A stretch of DNA of 64,000 bases from Mobula hypostoma (taxonomy: Eukaryota): NCBI RefSeq assembly GCF_963921235.1, contig NC_086098.1, positions 6,386,001 to 6,450,000 on the forward strand, read 5' to 3'. Positions 47,771 through 60,370 of the stretch are shown one piece after another. How positions within the stretch are numbered: position 1 is the first letter of the stretch; every line of letters starts with the position of its first letter. The translations under genes were made by a program, and so were the position numbers. The notes beneath the pieces were generated by a model. The model did not search any database. It was not told the DNA's origin and saw nothing but the letters and a program-made list of their open reading frames with translations.

Positions 47771-48494
47771 GCTCCACTGTCAGCACAACTTCTCTCAGTT
47801 AAGGGGCCCAAAACTATTCACAATACTCCAAATGTAGTCTGATGAATGCCTTTAAAACCTCAACGTGACATCTGTGCTTTTTTTATTCTTGTCCTCTCGA
47901 AATGAAAGCAAACATCACATTTCTCTTCCTTAACACCAAGGAAAGGGAGGTCTATTAAGTGATTCATTGGAAAATAATAGTTGCTTCTAAAAAACAGGAA
48001 AAAATACAATTAGGAGACCATACGATTTAGGAGCAGAATTAGGCTGTTTGGCCCATTGAGTCTGCTCCACTATTTCATCATTGTTGATCCGTTTCCCTCT
48101 CAGCCCCAAACTCCTGACTTCTCCCTTTATCCCTTCATTCCCTGACTAGTCAAGTGTCTATCAACCTCTGCCTTAAATATACCCAACAATTTAGCCTCCA
48201 CAGATGCCTGTAACGATGAATTCCACAGATTCACCACCCTCTGGTGAAAGAAATTCCTTCTCATCTCTGTGCTAAAAGGATGCACACTGGTGGATATAGA
48301 AATCTTTATTCAGCATTCGAGACTCGCTCAGAAGAGGACTGCCTGACCCAATATTACGTGACATTTTTATATGCTAAAGGTCAAAGGTACGAGCAGGACA
48401 ATTCTCTAGTTATGATGTGTCTACAGTATTTCCTTTGAATTACGTATAGTTTTCAAACACCTCCTTCTTTACACCTACACTTCAGACACCCGAA

Positions 48495-48953
48495 ATGATT
48501 GTTAGTCAGCTCAACACCTCATACACCGTCTAGGTACTCTCCAGCCCCTTGGTATGAACATAGAATTCTCCAACTTCCCTGCCCCTCCCTTCCCCTATCC
48601 CTATTTCACTCTGCCCCCTCCCCCAGCTGCCTATCACCTCCCTCATGGTTCTGCCTCCTTCTACTACCCATTGTGTTTTCCCCTATTCCTTCTTCACCTT
48701 TCCTGCCTATCACCTCCCTGCCTCCCTTCCCCCAGCCCTTTATCTTTCCCCTTACTGGTTTTTCACCAGCCTTCCCCTTCCCACCCTCCCCCCACCTTCT
48801 TTATAGGGCCTCTGCCCCTTCCCTCTTCAGTCCTGACGAGGGGTTCTGGCCTGAAACATTGATTGATCGTATCCACGGATGCTGCCTGACCTGCTGAATT
48901 CCTCCAGACTGTTGTGAGTGTTGCTTTGACATCTGCAGAGTATTTTGTGTTTA
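48495..48953 (+). mobile_element. Penelope-like 3' end
   Basis: YRLGTLQPLGMNIEFSNF-type ORF end plus a pyrimidine-rich UTR, nearly identical to 53580-53972. Confidence 0.85.
48828..48865 (+). ncRNA. Minimal type-I hammerhead ribozyme motif
   Basis: cagtc CTGACGA g ggg-ttctgg-cct GAAA catt gattg. Both core boxes are intact; stem III is imperfect. Confidence 0.7.
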
Positions 48954-49399
48954 TTGTTAGTCAGCATTGTCTCTCTGGATTCATGCATATGCGGACATCA
49001 AGTGAATGGGTGTTTCCTGGTTTGCAATCAACCCCAGTCTGCAGCTCCAGGGAAGACCATAGTTCAGAGCTGCATTTTAAATTTAACGTACAATCCACAT
49101 ACAAATCTGAAGAGTGGTTCTGCTGAAATTAACAGTTTCTATATACCCAAACTCCAGAATACATCCTGACTCACAGTATTGGAAAAAGCTGCAGAGGGTA
49201 CTAAGCTCAGCCAGCCCATCATGGGCACTAGCCTCCACAGCATTGAAGACAGTCTCAAATGGTCATGCCTCAAAAAGACATCATCCATCATGAAGGACCT
49301 AGATGGCCTCTTCGCATTACTATCATCAGAGAGAATGTACAGGAACCACACTCAACAATTTAAGAACAGCTTCTTCCCCTCCACCATCAGATTTCTGAA

Positions 49400-49636
49400 C
49401 AGGAGAAAATCTGCAGAAGCTGGAAATCCAAGCCACACACACAAAATGCTGGAGGAACTCAGCAGGCCAGGCAGCATCTTGGAAAAGAGTACAGTCGACA
49501 TTTCAGGCCGAAACCCTTCGGCATGACAGACCCTCCTTTCGAAAGGTTTCAGCCCGAAACGTCGACTGTACTCTTCCTAGCTGCTGCCTGACCTGCTGAG
49601 TTCCACCAGCATTTTCTGTGTGTTGCTCAGGTTTCC
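49400..49636. repeat. Inverted pair of Penelope-derived hammerhead modules (imperfect palindrome, ~100-bp arms)
   Basis: acacacaaaatgctggaggaactcagcagg..acagtcgacatttcaggccgaaacc / ggtttcagcccgaaacgtcgactgt..cctgctgagttccaccagcattttctgtgtgt. Confidence 0.8.
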
Positions 49637-49857
49637 AAACGGTCCATGTACCCATGAACGCCATCTCACTAGTTCACTCTCTTCTTGCGCTATTTATTTT
49701 TAATTTTTAAAAATTTTTTATTGCAACTTATAATATTTTAATGTATTGCACTGTACTGCTTGCTGCAAAAGAGCACATTTCATGGCATGTGTCAGTGATA
49801 ATACAGCTGATTCCAATTCTGCTTCTGCAGTGGACTAACTTTAAAGGACAGACTTGC

Positions 49858-50220
49858 GTGCAGCACGGTAGAACAACAGTTAGCACAACACTTTACAGTG
49901 CCGGTGATCACTGACTGGAGTTCAATTCCTACTGCTTGTAGGAGCTTGTACATTCTCCCTGTGACCACATGGGTCTCCTCCGGGTGCTCCAGCTTCTTCC
50001 GACATTCGAAAGATGTGTGGTTATAGTAACATCTAACTATAGACATATCTAGTTAGGGTTAATGAGGTGTGGGCGTGCTATGTTGGCAGCAGAAGCGGTG
50101 GGCTTGTCCAGCACATTCCTCGGACTGTGTTGGTCATCGATGCAAGATGACGCATTTCACTGTGTGTTTCAATGTTTTCATCTATGTGTGACAAATAAAG
50201 GTAATATTTCTTTCTTTCTT
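49858..50220 (+). mobile_element. HE1/V-SINE-like tRNA-derived SINE
   Basis: tRNA-like head (gcacggtag..gttagcacaac; gagttcaattcc B-box), core ctccgggtgctccagcttc, 3' tgtgacaaataaag. Confidence 0.7.
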
Positions 50221-50574
50221 CTTTCTTTTGTCTGGTTAAAAGGGAACAGAGCTTCAGTTCTTCCTCTCACTAAGCCAGCACACTCGGTCATCACTTAAGG
50301 GAAAACATGCTTTTGAGGAAGGAACTGGTGAAAGACACTTCTAGATACCCCCACACAACAACAAAAAACCTTAGACTTTAATTCTGGATCTCACATTTCC
50401 AGGGTCAAGAGTCAACTTTCTTCGCAGCTTTTAAAGTTCACATGTTAGGAATTTGCTGTGGTGTGTTTGGTCACGGTATCACACTGACCAACAACAAATA
50501 ACAACAACATTCAACAATTATGAAGAATAAAGAATTATATAAAAACTAAAGTTAAAAGTATGAATAAGTATGTT

Positions 50575-50725
50575 CAGACCCTATAAAAAGTGAGATCTGT
50601 TTTCACTTTGACACGAAAGAGAATTTTTCTCTTGATCAGTGTCAAAATCCACTGTAATTCAATGTTGTAAAACAATAAAACATGAAAACTTTCAAGGGTG
50701 GGTGAATACTTTTTATTAAGCACTG
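50575..50725. mobile_element. Tc1-type MITE/remnant
   Basis: Left cagaccctataaaaagt, right ggtgaatactttttattaagcactg|ta. Confidence 0.55.
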
Positions 50726-50819
50726 TATGTGTATTCAATGGTGAAGGGGGCTTTACCCATGAAGTACTGGACTATCACACTATGCCTTCCATTAACTCTT
50801 GCTAAAAACACTTTAACAT

Positions 50820-51230
50820 AAGTGTGCAACACTTCAAAATTCCAGTATGCCCCCAATACCCCCTCTCCTTCAACATTTCCCATCCCCTTTTCCCTCTCTC
50901 ACCTTATCTCCTTGCCTGCCCATCGCCTCCCTCTACTGCTGCTCCCTCCTTTTCTTTCTTCCATGGCCTTCCGTCACCCTCACCAACTTCCCAGCTCCTT
51001 ACATCATCCCTCCCCCTTCAGGTTTCACCTATTACCTTCTGCTTCTCTCTCTCCCTCCCCCCACCATTTAAATCTACTCCTCAGCTTTTTTTCTCCAGTC
51101 CCGCCAAAGGGTTTTGGCTCAAAAGGTCGACTGTACTCTTTTCCATAGATGCTGCCTGACTCGCTGAGTTCCTCCAGCATTCTGTGTGTGTTCCTTGGAT
51201 TTCCAGCATCTGCAGGTTTTCTCTTGTTTG
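50820..51230 (+). mobile_element. Penelope-like 3' fragment with degenerate hammerhead (51096-51134)
   Basis: Pyrimidine-rich tail, then cagtcccgccaaagggttttggctcaaaaggtcgactg..gatgctgcctgac. Confidence 0.65.
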
Positions 51231-51707
51231 TGATCGGATTAACATAGGTGTAGCAGTTATCACAATGCTCATGTTAATGATGCTGTTCAAGTAGCATCTG
51301 TGGAAAGAGAAACCAGTTAATGTTTCTACTCAGGGGCTCTTCCTCCAAACATAGAGAAGAGGGCAGGATTCCAAAGTAGAGAAGTTGGGAAGGAATAAGG
51401 TGCAAAATAAACAGTAGGTTAAGACATATCATGTGATAAGGATCATGAGTGGTGGCAAAGTAAAGGTCAAAGAACAAAGTTCAAAGTAAATATATTATCA
51501 GAGTACATACGTTACCACATACAACCCTGAGATTCTTTTTCCTGCGGGCATACTCAACAAATCTATAGAATAGTAACTGTAAACAGGACCAATGTAGAGC
51601 ATGGAAGTCCACAAACTGTTGAAGTGCAACTGTAAATAAATAGCACTGAATAACAAGAGCATGAAATAACAAGAGAAAGATTCCTTGAGGTGAGATCATT
51701 GGTTGTG

Positions 51708-52022
51708 TGGGCACGTGGCCAAGTGGTTAAAACATTGGACTAGTTACCTGAAGGTCGTGAGTTCGAGCCCCAGCCGAGGCAACGTGTTGTGTCCTTGAGA
51801 AAAGCACTTAATCACACATTGCTCTGCGACGACACTGGTGCCAAGCTGTATGGGTCCTAATGTCCTTCCCTTGGACAACATTGGTGTCGTGGAGAGGGGA
51901 GACTTGCAGCATGGGCAACTGCTGGTCTTCCATACAACCTTGCCCAGGCCTGCATCCTGGAGAGTGAAGACTTTCCAGGCGCAGATCCATGGTCTCGCAA
52001 GACTAATGGATGCCTTTATTTA
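51708..52022 (+). mobile_element. tRNA-derived SINE with CORE-like middle
   Basis: A-box TGGCCAAGTGG and B-box GTTCGAGCC, then gtgtccttgagaaaagcacttaatc. (TTTA)n tail. 8-bp TSD TGGTTGTG at 51700-51707 and 52023-52030. Confidence 0.85.
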
Positions 52023-52074
52023 TGGTTGTGGAAACATCTCAATAGACAAGTGGATGCTACTTTCCTGTGCAGTA

Positions 52075-52300
52075 TGACATCATTGGAGTGCCAGTGGCCT
52101 GGGTTCAGTTTCCGCTGCTGTCTGTAAGAAGTTTGCACATTCTTCCCATGACCATGTGGGTTTCCTCCAGATGCTCTTGTTTCCTCCCACATTCTGGTTA
52201 GTAGGTTAATTAGTCCTGTGATTAAGCTTGGCTTAAATCAGTGGGTTGCTGAGTTGTTAGAAGGGCCTGTTCCACATTGTATCTCTAAATAAAGTAAAAT
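52075..52300 (+). mobile_element. HE1/V-SINE-like SINE
   Basis: gggttcagtttcc..ctgtaagaagtttg..tgggtttcctccagatgctcttgtttcctcccacatt. Confidence 0.6.
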
Positions 52301-52457
52301 CAAGAGGTCAAGGAATTCAATTGTGCTCTGGCTCCTTTACAGGAACAAGTAGGCGCATTGGGGTCCAATTTGGAAGGTAACCACCTATTCAAGTTTAGTT
52401 ATTTTATAGATCAGAGTGAGAATCAAGTTTATCATCACTGACATATGCCATGAAATA

Positions 52458-52675
52458 GAGCGGTGCAGTGGTGTAGTGGTTAGTGTCACACTAGCACTCC
52501 ACACTCTTTAAAAGGAATCTGTATGTATTCCCCATAACCACGTAGACTTCCTCCGGGTGCTCCGGTTTAGTCCCATATTCCAAGTACTGATGGGCTAGTA
52601 AGTTAATTGGTCTCATGGGTGTAAATGGATGGTGCAGGGCCTGCTTACCACGCCGTACCTCTAAATAAATAACAA
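52458..52675 (+). mobile_element. HE1/V-SINE-like SINE
   Basis: gtggtgtagtggttag..ttcctccgggtgctccggttt..ctctaaataaataa. Confidence 0.6.
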
Positions 52676-53274
52676 ATACATTTCCCCTAAATAAATAACT
52701 AATGCATTTTCCCTATATGCTGATGCATTCTTGTTTGCTCAGGTTATATTTGATATTGATGTCTTCAGACCCTTCTACTTTTGCATTGGTCCTCCCCATT
52801 GCTTCCCCTGTGAAACACTAATTTACCAGCTGTACCTTTGCCTCTCTTTTGGCCCAGGGTTTTATCAAAATGCCGGTCCATCACAGGTAAAGCCCTTCTC
52901 ACCATTGAATACATCTACATGGAATTGCTGTCACAGGAAAGAAGCATCCATCATCAAGGACCCCCACCATCCAGGTCATATGCTCTTCTCACTGCTGCCA
53001 TCAAGAAGAAGGTACAGGAGCCTCAGGGCTCACATCACCAGGTTCAGGAACAGTTATTACCTCTCAACAATCAGGTTATTGAATGAGAGGGGATAACTTC
53101 ACTCACCTTATATTTTACTGTGACTCTATGGGTTCAGGTTGATGGGAGAAGGCAGTTTATATGCTTCAACATGGACTAGATTGGCCGAAGATTGTGTTTC
53201 TGTGCTGTATTTTCCTATGACTCCATGACTTTGACTTCACTCACATCAACACTGAACCATTCCCACAACCCATC

Positions 53275-53972
53275 CTTCCAAACCCCAAACAGTCCTTCCA
53301 AGATTCAAGGCCTCAAACAGTCCTTCCAGGTGAGGCAATGCTTCACTTGTGAGTCTGTTGGGGTCATCCATTGCATCCGGTGCTCCCGGTGCTGCCTTCT
53401 CTACATCGGTGAAACCCGACGCAGATTGGGGGACCACTTCGTCGAGCACCTCCACTCTGTCTGCCACAACAGACAGGATCTCCCGGTTGCCACCCACTTC
53501 AACTCTGCTTCCCATTCCCATTCAGGTATGTCCATACATGGCCTCCTCTACTGCCATGATGAGGCTAAACTCAGATTGGAGGAGCAATACCTCAAATACC
53601 GTCTAGGTAGACTCCAGTCCCTTGGTATGAACACAGAATTCTCCAACTTCCGGTAATTCCCTCCCCCTCCCTTCCCCTATCCCTATGTCACTCTGCCCCC
53701 TCCCCCAGCTGCCTATCACCTCTCTGCTTCCCCTCCCCCACCCCTTTATCTTTCCCCTTACTGGTTTTTCACCTGGAACCTACCAGCCTTCTCCTTCCCA
53801 CCCTCCCCCCACCTTCTTTATAGGGCCTCCGCCCCTTCCCTCTTCAGTCCTGACGAAGGGTTCCGGCCCGAAGCGTTGACTGATCGTTTCCACGGATGCT
53901 GCCCGACCTGCTGAGTTCCTCCAGCGTGTTGTGAGTGTTGCTTTGACCCCAGCATCTGCAGATTATTTTGTG
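53275..53972 (+). mobile_element. Penelope-like element 3' part (GIY-YIG + 3' UTR), inserted in a Rex-type tail
   Basis: FTCESVGVIHCIRCSRCCLLYIGETRRRLGDHFVEH..LEEQYLKYRLGRLQSLGMN. Confidence 0.9.
53845..53882 (+). ncRNA. Minimal type-I hammerhead ribozyme motif (A15.1>G variant)
   Basis: cagtc CTGACGA a ggg-ttccgg-ccc GAAG cgtt gactg, with perfect stems I and II. Confidence 0.7.
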
Positions 53973-54461
53973 CCCACAAACCATCGACTCACTTTCAAGG
54001 ACTCTTCATCTCCTATTCTCAGTATTTATTGCTTATTTATTATTATTATTATTATTATGTTTTTTTGTATTTACTAGTAAATACCTGCAAGAAAATGCAT
54101 CTCAGGTTGTATATGGTGACATATATGTACTTTGATATTAAATTTACTTTGAACTTTGAAATCAATAATTTGTTAATCAGATATGATCAGAGTTAAACCA
54201 GCCCTTTATCTCTTAAAGTGATTTACTGCATCTATAATATCCTAATGCAATCAACATAAAGCCATGCATTCTTCTCTCAGCTTGTCTAGCTCCATCTACA
54301 AAGAGTTGACCCTTTTAGGAACCCCTAATTAGCAACAATTTGTTTGAAGACAAACATTTTTTCAATGACTCCACAAGCATCCAGACAGACATTTGGCTCA
54401 GCCTCAAGTCTTGTTTGAGGAGTGCATGTGATCCCATTCAGCCTGGTGAAAGACTTTTCTT

Positions 54462-55793
54462 TAGAAACCATAGAAACCATAGAAACTACAGCACAGAAAC
54501 AGGCCCTTTGGCCCTTCTTGGCTGTGCCAAACCATTTTCTGCCTAGTCCCACTGACTTGCACAAGGACCATATCCCTCCATACACCTCCCATCCATGTAT
54601 CTGTCCAATTTATTCTTAAATGTTAAAAAAGAACCCGCATTTACCACCTCGTCTGGCAGCTCATTCCATACTCCCACCACTCTCTGTGTGAAGAAGCCCC
54701 CACTAATGTTCCCTTTAAACTTTTCCCCCCTCACCCTTAACCCATGTCCTCTGGTTTTTTTCTCCCTTTGCCTCAGTGGAAAAAGCCTGGTTGCATTCAC
54801 TCATTCACTCTATCTATACTCATCATAATTTTATATACCTCTATCAAATCTCCCCTCATTCTTCTACGCTCCAGGGAATAAAGTCCCAACCTATTCAACC
54901 TTTCTCTGTAACTGAGTTTCTCAAGTCCCGGCAACATCCTTGTAAACCTTCTCTGCACTCTTTCAACCTTATTTATATCCTTCCTGTAATTTGGTGACCA
55001 AAACTGAACACAATACTCCAGATTCGGCCTCACCAATGCCTTATACAACCTCATCATAACATTTCAGCTCTTATACTCAATACTTCGATTAATAAAGGCC
55101 AATGTACCAAAAGCTCTCTTTACGACCCTATCTACCTGTGATGACACTTTTAGGGAATTTTGTATCTGTATTCCCAGATCCCTCTGTTCCACTGCACTCC
55201 TCAGTGCCTTACCATTAACCCTGTATGTTCTACCTTGGTTTGTCCTTCCAACGTGCAATACCTCACACTTGTCAGTATTAAGCTCCATCTGCCATTTTTC
55301 AGCCCATTTTTCCAGCTGGTCCAAGTCCCTCTGCAGGCTCTGAAAACCTTCCTCACTGTCTACTACACCTCCAATCTTTGTATCATCAGCAAACTTGCTG
55401 ATCCAATTTACCACATTATCATCCAGATCAATGATATAGGTGACAAATAACAATGGACCCAGCACTGATCTCTGTGGTACACGACTAGTCACAGGTCTCC
55501 ACTCAGAGAAGCAATTTTCTACCACCACTCTCTGGCTTCTTCCATCGAGCCAATGTCTAATCCAATTTACCACCTCTCCATGTATACCTAGCGACTGAAT
55601 TTTCCTAACTAACCTCCCATGCGGGACCTTGTCAAAGGCCTTACTGAAGTCCATGTAGACAATATCCACTGCCTTCCCTTCATCCACTTTCCTGGTAACC
55701 TCCTCGAAAAACTCCAACAGATTGGTCAAACATGACCTACCACGCACAAAGCCATGTTGATTCTCTCTAAAAAGCCCCTGTCTATCCAAATGC
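54462..55793 (-). mobile_element. Young CR1 LINE, 5'-truncated
   Basis: ORFs 55064-55789, 54797-55057 and 54543-54800. (TTTCTATGG)n tail. Near-identical to 13604-14844. Confidence 0.93.
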
Positions 55794-56418
55794 TATCAAG
55801 TATCGAGAACATCCTGAGCAACTGTATCACTGCCTGGTTCAGGAATTGCACTGTCTCAGATCGCAATACCCTGCAGCGGATAATAAGGTCAGCTGAGAAG
55901 GTTATCGGGGTCTCTCTTCCCGACATTACAGACATTTACACCACACACTGCACCCGTAAAGCAAACAGCATTGTGAAGGACCCCATGCACCCCTCATACA
56001 AACTCTTCTCCCTTCTGCCATCTGACAAAAGGTAACGAAGCATTCGGGCTCTCACGACCAGACTGTGCAACAGTTTCTTCCCCCAAGCCATCAGACTCCT
56101 CAATGCCCAGAGTCTAGACTGACATCTACATCATTTATTATTATATCAGCTTTGGTCTTGGTTTGTCCTGTGTTTTCTTGTGATATCATTCTGGAGGAAC
56201 GTTGTATCATTTTTTAATGCATGCATTTCTAAATGACAATAAACTAGGACTGAATGTCTTCACAATCTAATATTGTAATTTGTCCTCTACTGTGTCTATT
56301 ATCTTGTTTATTAATTATTGTACTGCCCTGCACTGTTTTGTGCAGTTTATGTAGTCCTGTGTAGGTCTGTAGTCCAGTGTAGTTTTTATGTTGTTTTACG
56401 TAGTCTGGTGTAGCCTTG

Positions 56419-59400
56419 CAGGCCCACCACTGTGTGGACACGCCCTGGCGTCTGTCAACCACTGTCCCAGCTATGGGTAAATAACCCCACTCCCTTGTGA
56501 GACAAGGCTAAGGGAGCACACCCTGACAGAAAAGCAATGCTCTGGCGGCACGCAATAGACGGGCCTTAACAGACCGAGGACCCGGCAGCCTCCTGCAGCC
56601 AAGATGTGGGACCGGTTGTTCTGGGATCACCCTTGCCACTGGGATTTACCTCATCATGGTGAAGATAGTGCTACTGGGGATGGCGCACCCCCTGTGGCAC
56701 TTTAAAATCTTCCTTGCGCAGGTCTGCACCTCTGACCACGGTGAACAGTACCTGGACATTACATATGGTTGAAGTCTGATGGCGATGGGTCATCAGGCAA
56801 TGGGAGCAGGTACGAATGGACTGGGAACTCCTATTCAGAACCCTGCACGGCAGCGACACAGGGTATTTGTTCTCTAGCAGCTGGGACCTGTGCGACTGAG
56901 CAGCCCTGTTTAGGGACTCCACTGCTCACCCCAATTGGGGAAGAGCCTAGAAAAGGTGGCCTAAAAATTGCCCATTCAATCACTCACCTGGATAGGTTAC
57001 CGGGCCTATCGGGTTATTCCACTACTGCGGTCCAAATAAGAAACAATACAACCTAAAACCGGCAACACGGAATGTAAGGACTCTCCTGGACTCGTATGGC
57101 ATCTCTGACAGACCTCACCGGAGAACAGCCTTGATCGCTGCTAAGCTGAGGCGCTACAACATCGACATTGCTGCCCTGAGTGAGACCAGGCTCCTGGATG
57201 AAGGCTCTTTAACAGAGGATGGGTTACATCTTCTTCTGGAAAGGTTTCCCCCCAGGTGGACAACATCTCCACGGAGTAGGCTTGGCCATCAAGAACACCT
57301 TTCTACCAAGTCTTACAGAAACACCTGTTGGTATTAGTGAAAGATTAATGACCCTCTGTATTCCCCTGGCAAAGAAACGTTATGCCACAGTGCCTATGCA
57401 CCAACTCTGCCATCTGAGAATGAGGCCAAGGAATGCTTTTATAAGACGTCGGATGAAGCTCTTTGCCGGATCCTTAAAATGATAAGATCCTTTTGCTTGG
57501 GGACTTCAACGCTAGGGTGGGACAGAACAACAGGATATGGAGTGGAGTGCTAGGTAGGCATGGTATTGGCAAGGTGAATGAAAATGGCATGAGGCTACTT
57601 ACTCTTTGCTCTGAGCATAACCTTACCATAACCAACACCATCTTCCAGCAGAAGGCAAAATATAAGACCTCGTGGATGCACCCTCGCTCTAAACATTGGC
57701 ACATGATCGACTTCATCATTGTGAGACGTAGTGACATCAAGGATGTTCTCATCACCCGTGCCATGCGAGGTGCTGGGTGCTGGACGTATGATTGTGGCCA
57801 AGCTCCATATGAAAGTGCATCCCCCCTTGTGGCTGCAAAAACCCAATAAAAAGCGACTAAATTGCAACTGCCTGAGAAACACAGAAGCAAGAAGTGAGTT
57901 TCGACGCATCCTAGCTGGAACCTTATCTGAGCTCGGAAAATACCATGGAACAACAGTGGACCTGTATCAGCTCTGCACTCCATGAGACAGCAGCCCAATC
58001 CATCGGCCATAAGAGCAGGAACCACCAAGGCTGGTTTGACAATAACTCAGACACCATCCACAACTTGCTTAAGGACATGCACAAAGCACACCGGGCAACT
58101 TTAGACAACCCTTCATCCACCAGCATCAGGCAGCATTGGCAGGTAGCTCGGAGGAAAATGCAAAAGGAAATACGGGCCGTACAAAATGAGTGGTGGACTG
58201 AAAAGGCACATGAAATCCAGTCTTTTGCCGATAATAATGACATGCATAATTTTTACAATGCTGTCAAAACAATCTACAGTCCAATAAATCGATGTGTTAT
58301 TCCCCTGAAAACAGCAGATGGTCTAACACTTCTGAAGAATCAGAATACCATGCTGCTGAGGTGGGCTGAGCACTTTAACACCCTGCTTAATCAGGACTCT
58401 GACGCACAGCCCACCATCCTGGACAAACTGCCTGAACTTCCTCCTATTCACGACCTCAGTCTACCACCAACCTTCCAGCAGGTTCTATCAGCTGTCCATT
58501 CCCTTAAGAACAACAATTCCCCTGGCATTGACAATATCCCTGCTGAGTTACTGAAGAACGGAGGGTACATGTGTATGCGCACCCTCTACCAGTACATCAC
58601 CAAGACCTGGACTGATGAGAACATCCCACAGCAATGGAGAAATACAAACGTCATTGTCATTTATAGGAACAAGGGTGACAAGGCCATCTGTGGCAATAGT
58701 AGGGGCATATCACTGCTTTCTGTTGCTGGAAAGGTCCTGGCTAAGGTGATGCTTCAGAGACTCATCAGCAACATCACCGAGTCAATGCAGCCTGAATCGC
58801 AGTGTGGATTTAGGAAGAACAGGAGCTCGATCGACATGATCTTCACAGCCCGACAGCTTCAGGAAAAGTGCCGGGAGCAACATCAGGACCTGTTTATGGC
58901 CTTTGCCGACCTCTCCAAAGATTTCGACACTGTGCAAAGAGAGCTCTTATGGGATGTCCTCCTCAAGTTTGGCTGTCCCAATAAATTTGTTATCATCCTC
59001 TGTCAGTTCCACGATGGGGTGACTGCTCGGGTGACCATAGGAGGACAAGAGTCCGAGCCCTTCCTTGTACGTACAGGGGTGAGGCAGGGGTGTGTGCTAG
59101 CGCCAGTGCTCTTTAACATCTTCCTCTTGTGTGTTACCAAGCTTCTCCACAACGAGATTGAAGACAGCAGCGGTGTGGCAGTGGATGTCAGATTAGATGG
59201 CAACCTGTTTGACATCAGGAGGCTCCACGCAACCACCAAACTCCGTAGAGAGCGGGTCCTGGAGCTGCAGTATGCAGACGACTGTGCTCTTGTGGCCCAT
59301 ACTCCAGAGGATCTGCAGGCTGTCCTTGCTGTGGCAGTGAGAGCGTACAGCAGGATGGGGCTGACTGTCAATACCACCAAGACAGAAGTGGTTTGCCAAT

Positions 59401-60265
59401 GGAGTACCAGAGTCCCACCACTCTACCTGCCTTCACTGTTGGTGATGAAAAGCTGTCAGTAGTCCCATCTTTCAAATATCTGGGGAGCATTCTCTCTGAG
59501 GATAGCGGCATTGACAACGACGTCCAGAGCCGCATTAAACAGGCATCAGCTGCCTTTGGGAGACTTCGGCGTAGAGACTTTCAGAACAGGAGCCTTCGTC
59601 CCTCCACAAAGGTCGCCGTATACCAAGCGGTCTGTGTCACCACCCTCCTTTATAGCTGTGAAGCTTTGGTAACCTACAGCCGTCACATCAAGTCCTTGGA
59701 GCACTTCCACATAAGCTGCCTCCAGCGCATCCTGGGAATTACCTGGTGTGAGCGGGTGCCTCACACTGAAATACTTGTAAAGACCAACTGCAGGAGTATT
59801 GAGGCCATGATCACCCAGCGTCAGCTGCAGTGGCTGGGGCACGTGATAAGGATGCCTCCATGTCGGCTACCCCGCAGAGTGTTATACAGCCAGCTACATC
59901 ATGGTCGACGCTCAGCCGGAAGGCCGAAGAAGTGCTATAAGGATCAGATGAAGAATGCTTGAAGGGAGTGCAAGATCAGACCTGAGGACCTAGAGGAGGT
60001 TGCTACTGACCGTAGCACTTGGTGACAGCTGTGTAGGGACGGGGTTCATATTCTGGAGATGGAAAGAACAACCAGAAGACAGCAGAAGAGAGCCAGGAGA
60101 AATGCAGCCATGGTTGCCACCACTACCACCTCCACTACTACATATACATGTCCCACAAGCTCTATTGCAGGTCCAGGATAGGATTGTATAGTCATCAAAG
60201 ATCTCACTGTTAAAGGAGTGGACGTCATTATCAGATTTCGATGAACAACCGAAGAAGAGGAAGAC
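56419..60265 (+). mobile_element. Apparently full-length RTE (BovB-like clade) LINE with ~600-bp 5' UTR, frameshifted
   Basis: RNVRTL, IDIAALSETR, LGDFNARVG, PESQCGFR, GVRQGCVLAP, LQYADD, WLGHVIRM. (GAA)n tail. 10-bp TSD TGTAGCCTTG at 56409-56418 and 60266-60275. Confidence 0.93.
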
Positions 60266-60370
60266 TGTAGCCTTGTGTTGTCTCACTTAGTCTAGTGTAG
60301 TTTTGTGTGGTTTCATGGTGGTCCTGGAGGAACATTGTTTCGTTTTTACTGTGTACTGTACCAGCAACTT

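Noticed and set aside
51709..51780. tRNA gene
   Set aside because: It has A/B boxes but no proper acceptor stem. It continues into a SINE body and is flanked by a TSD.
56440..56535. HDV-like ribozyme at the RTE 5' end
   Set aside because: A P4-like hairpin and CTAA are present, but I could not build P1/P1.1/P3. Kept only as a lead.
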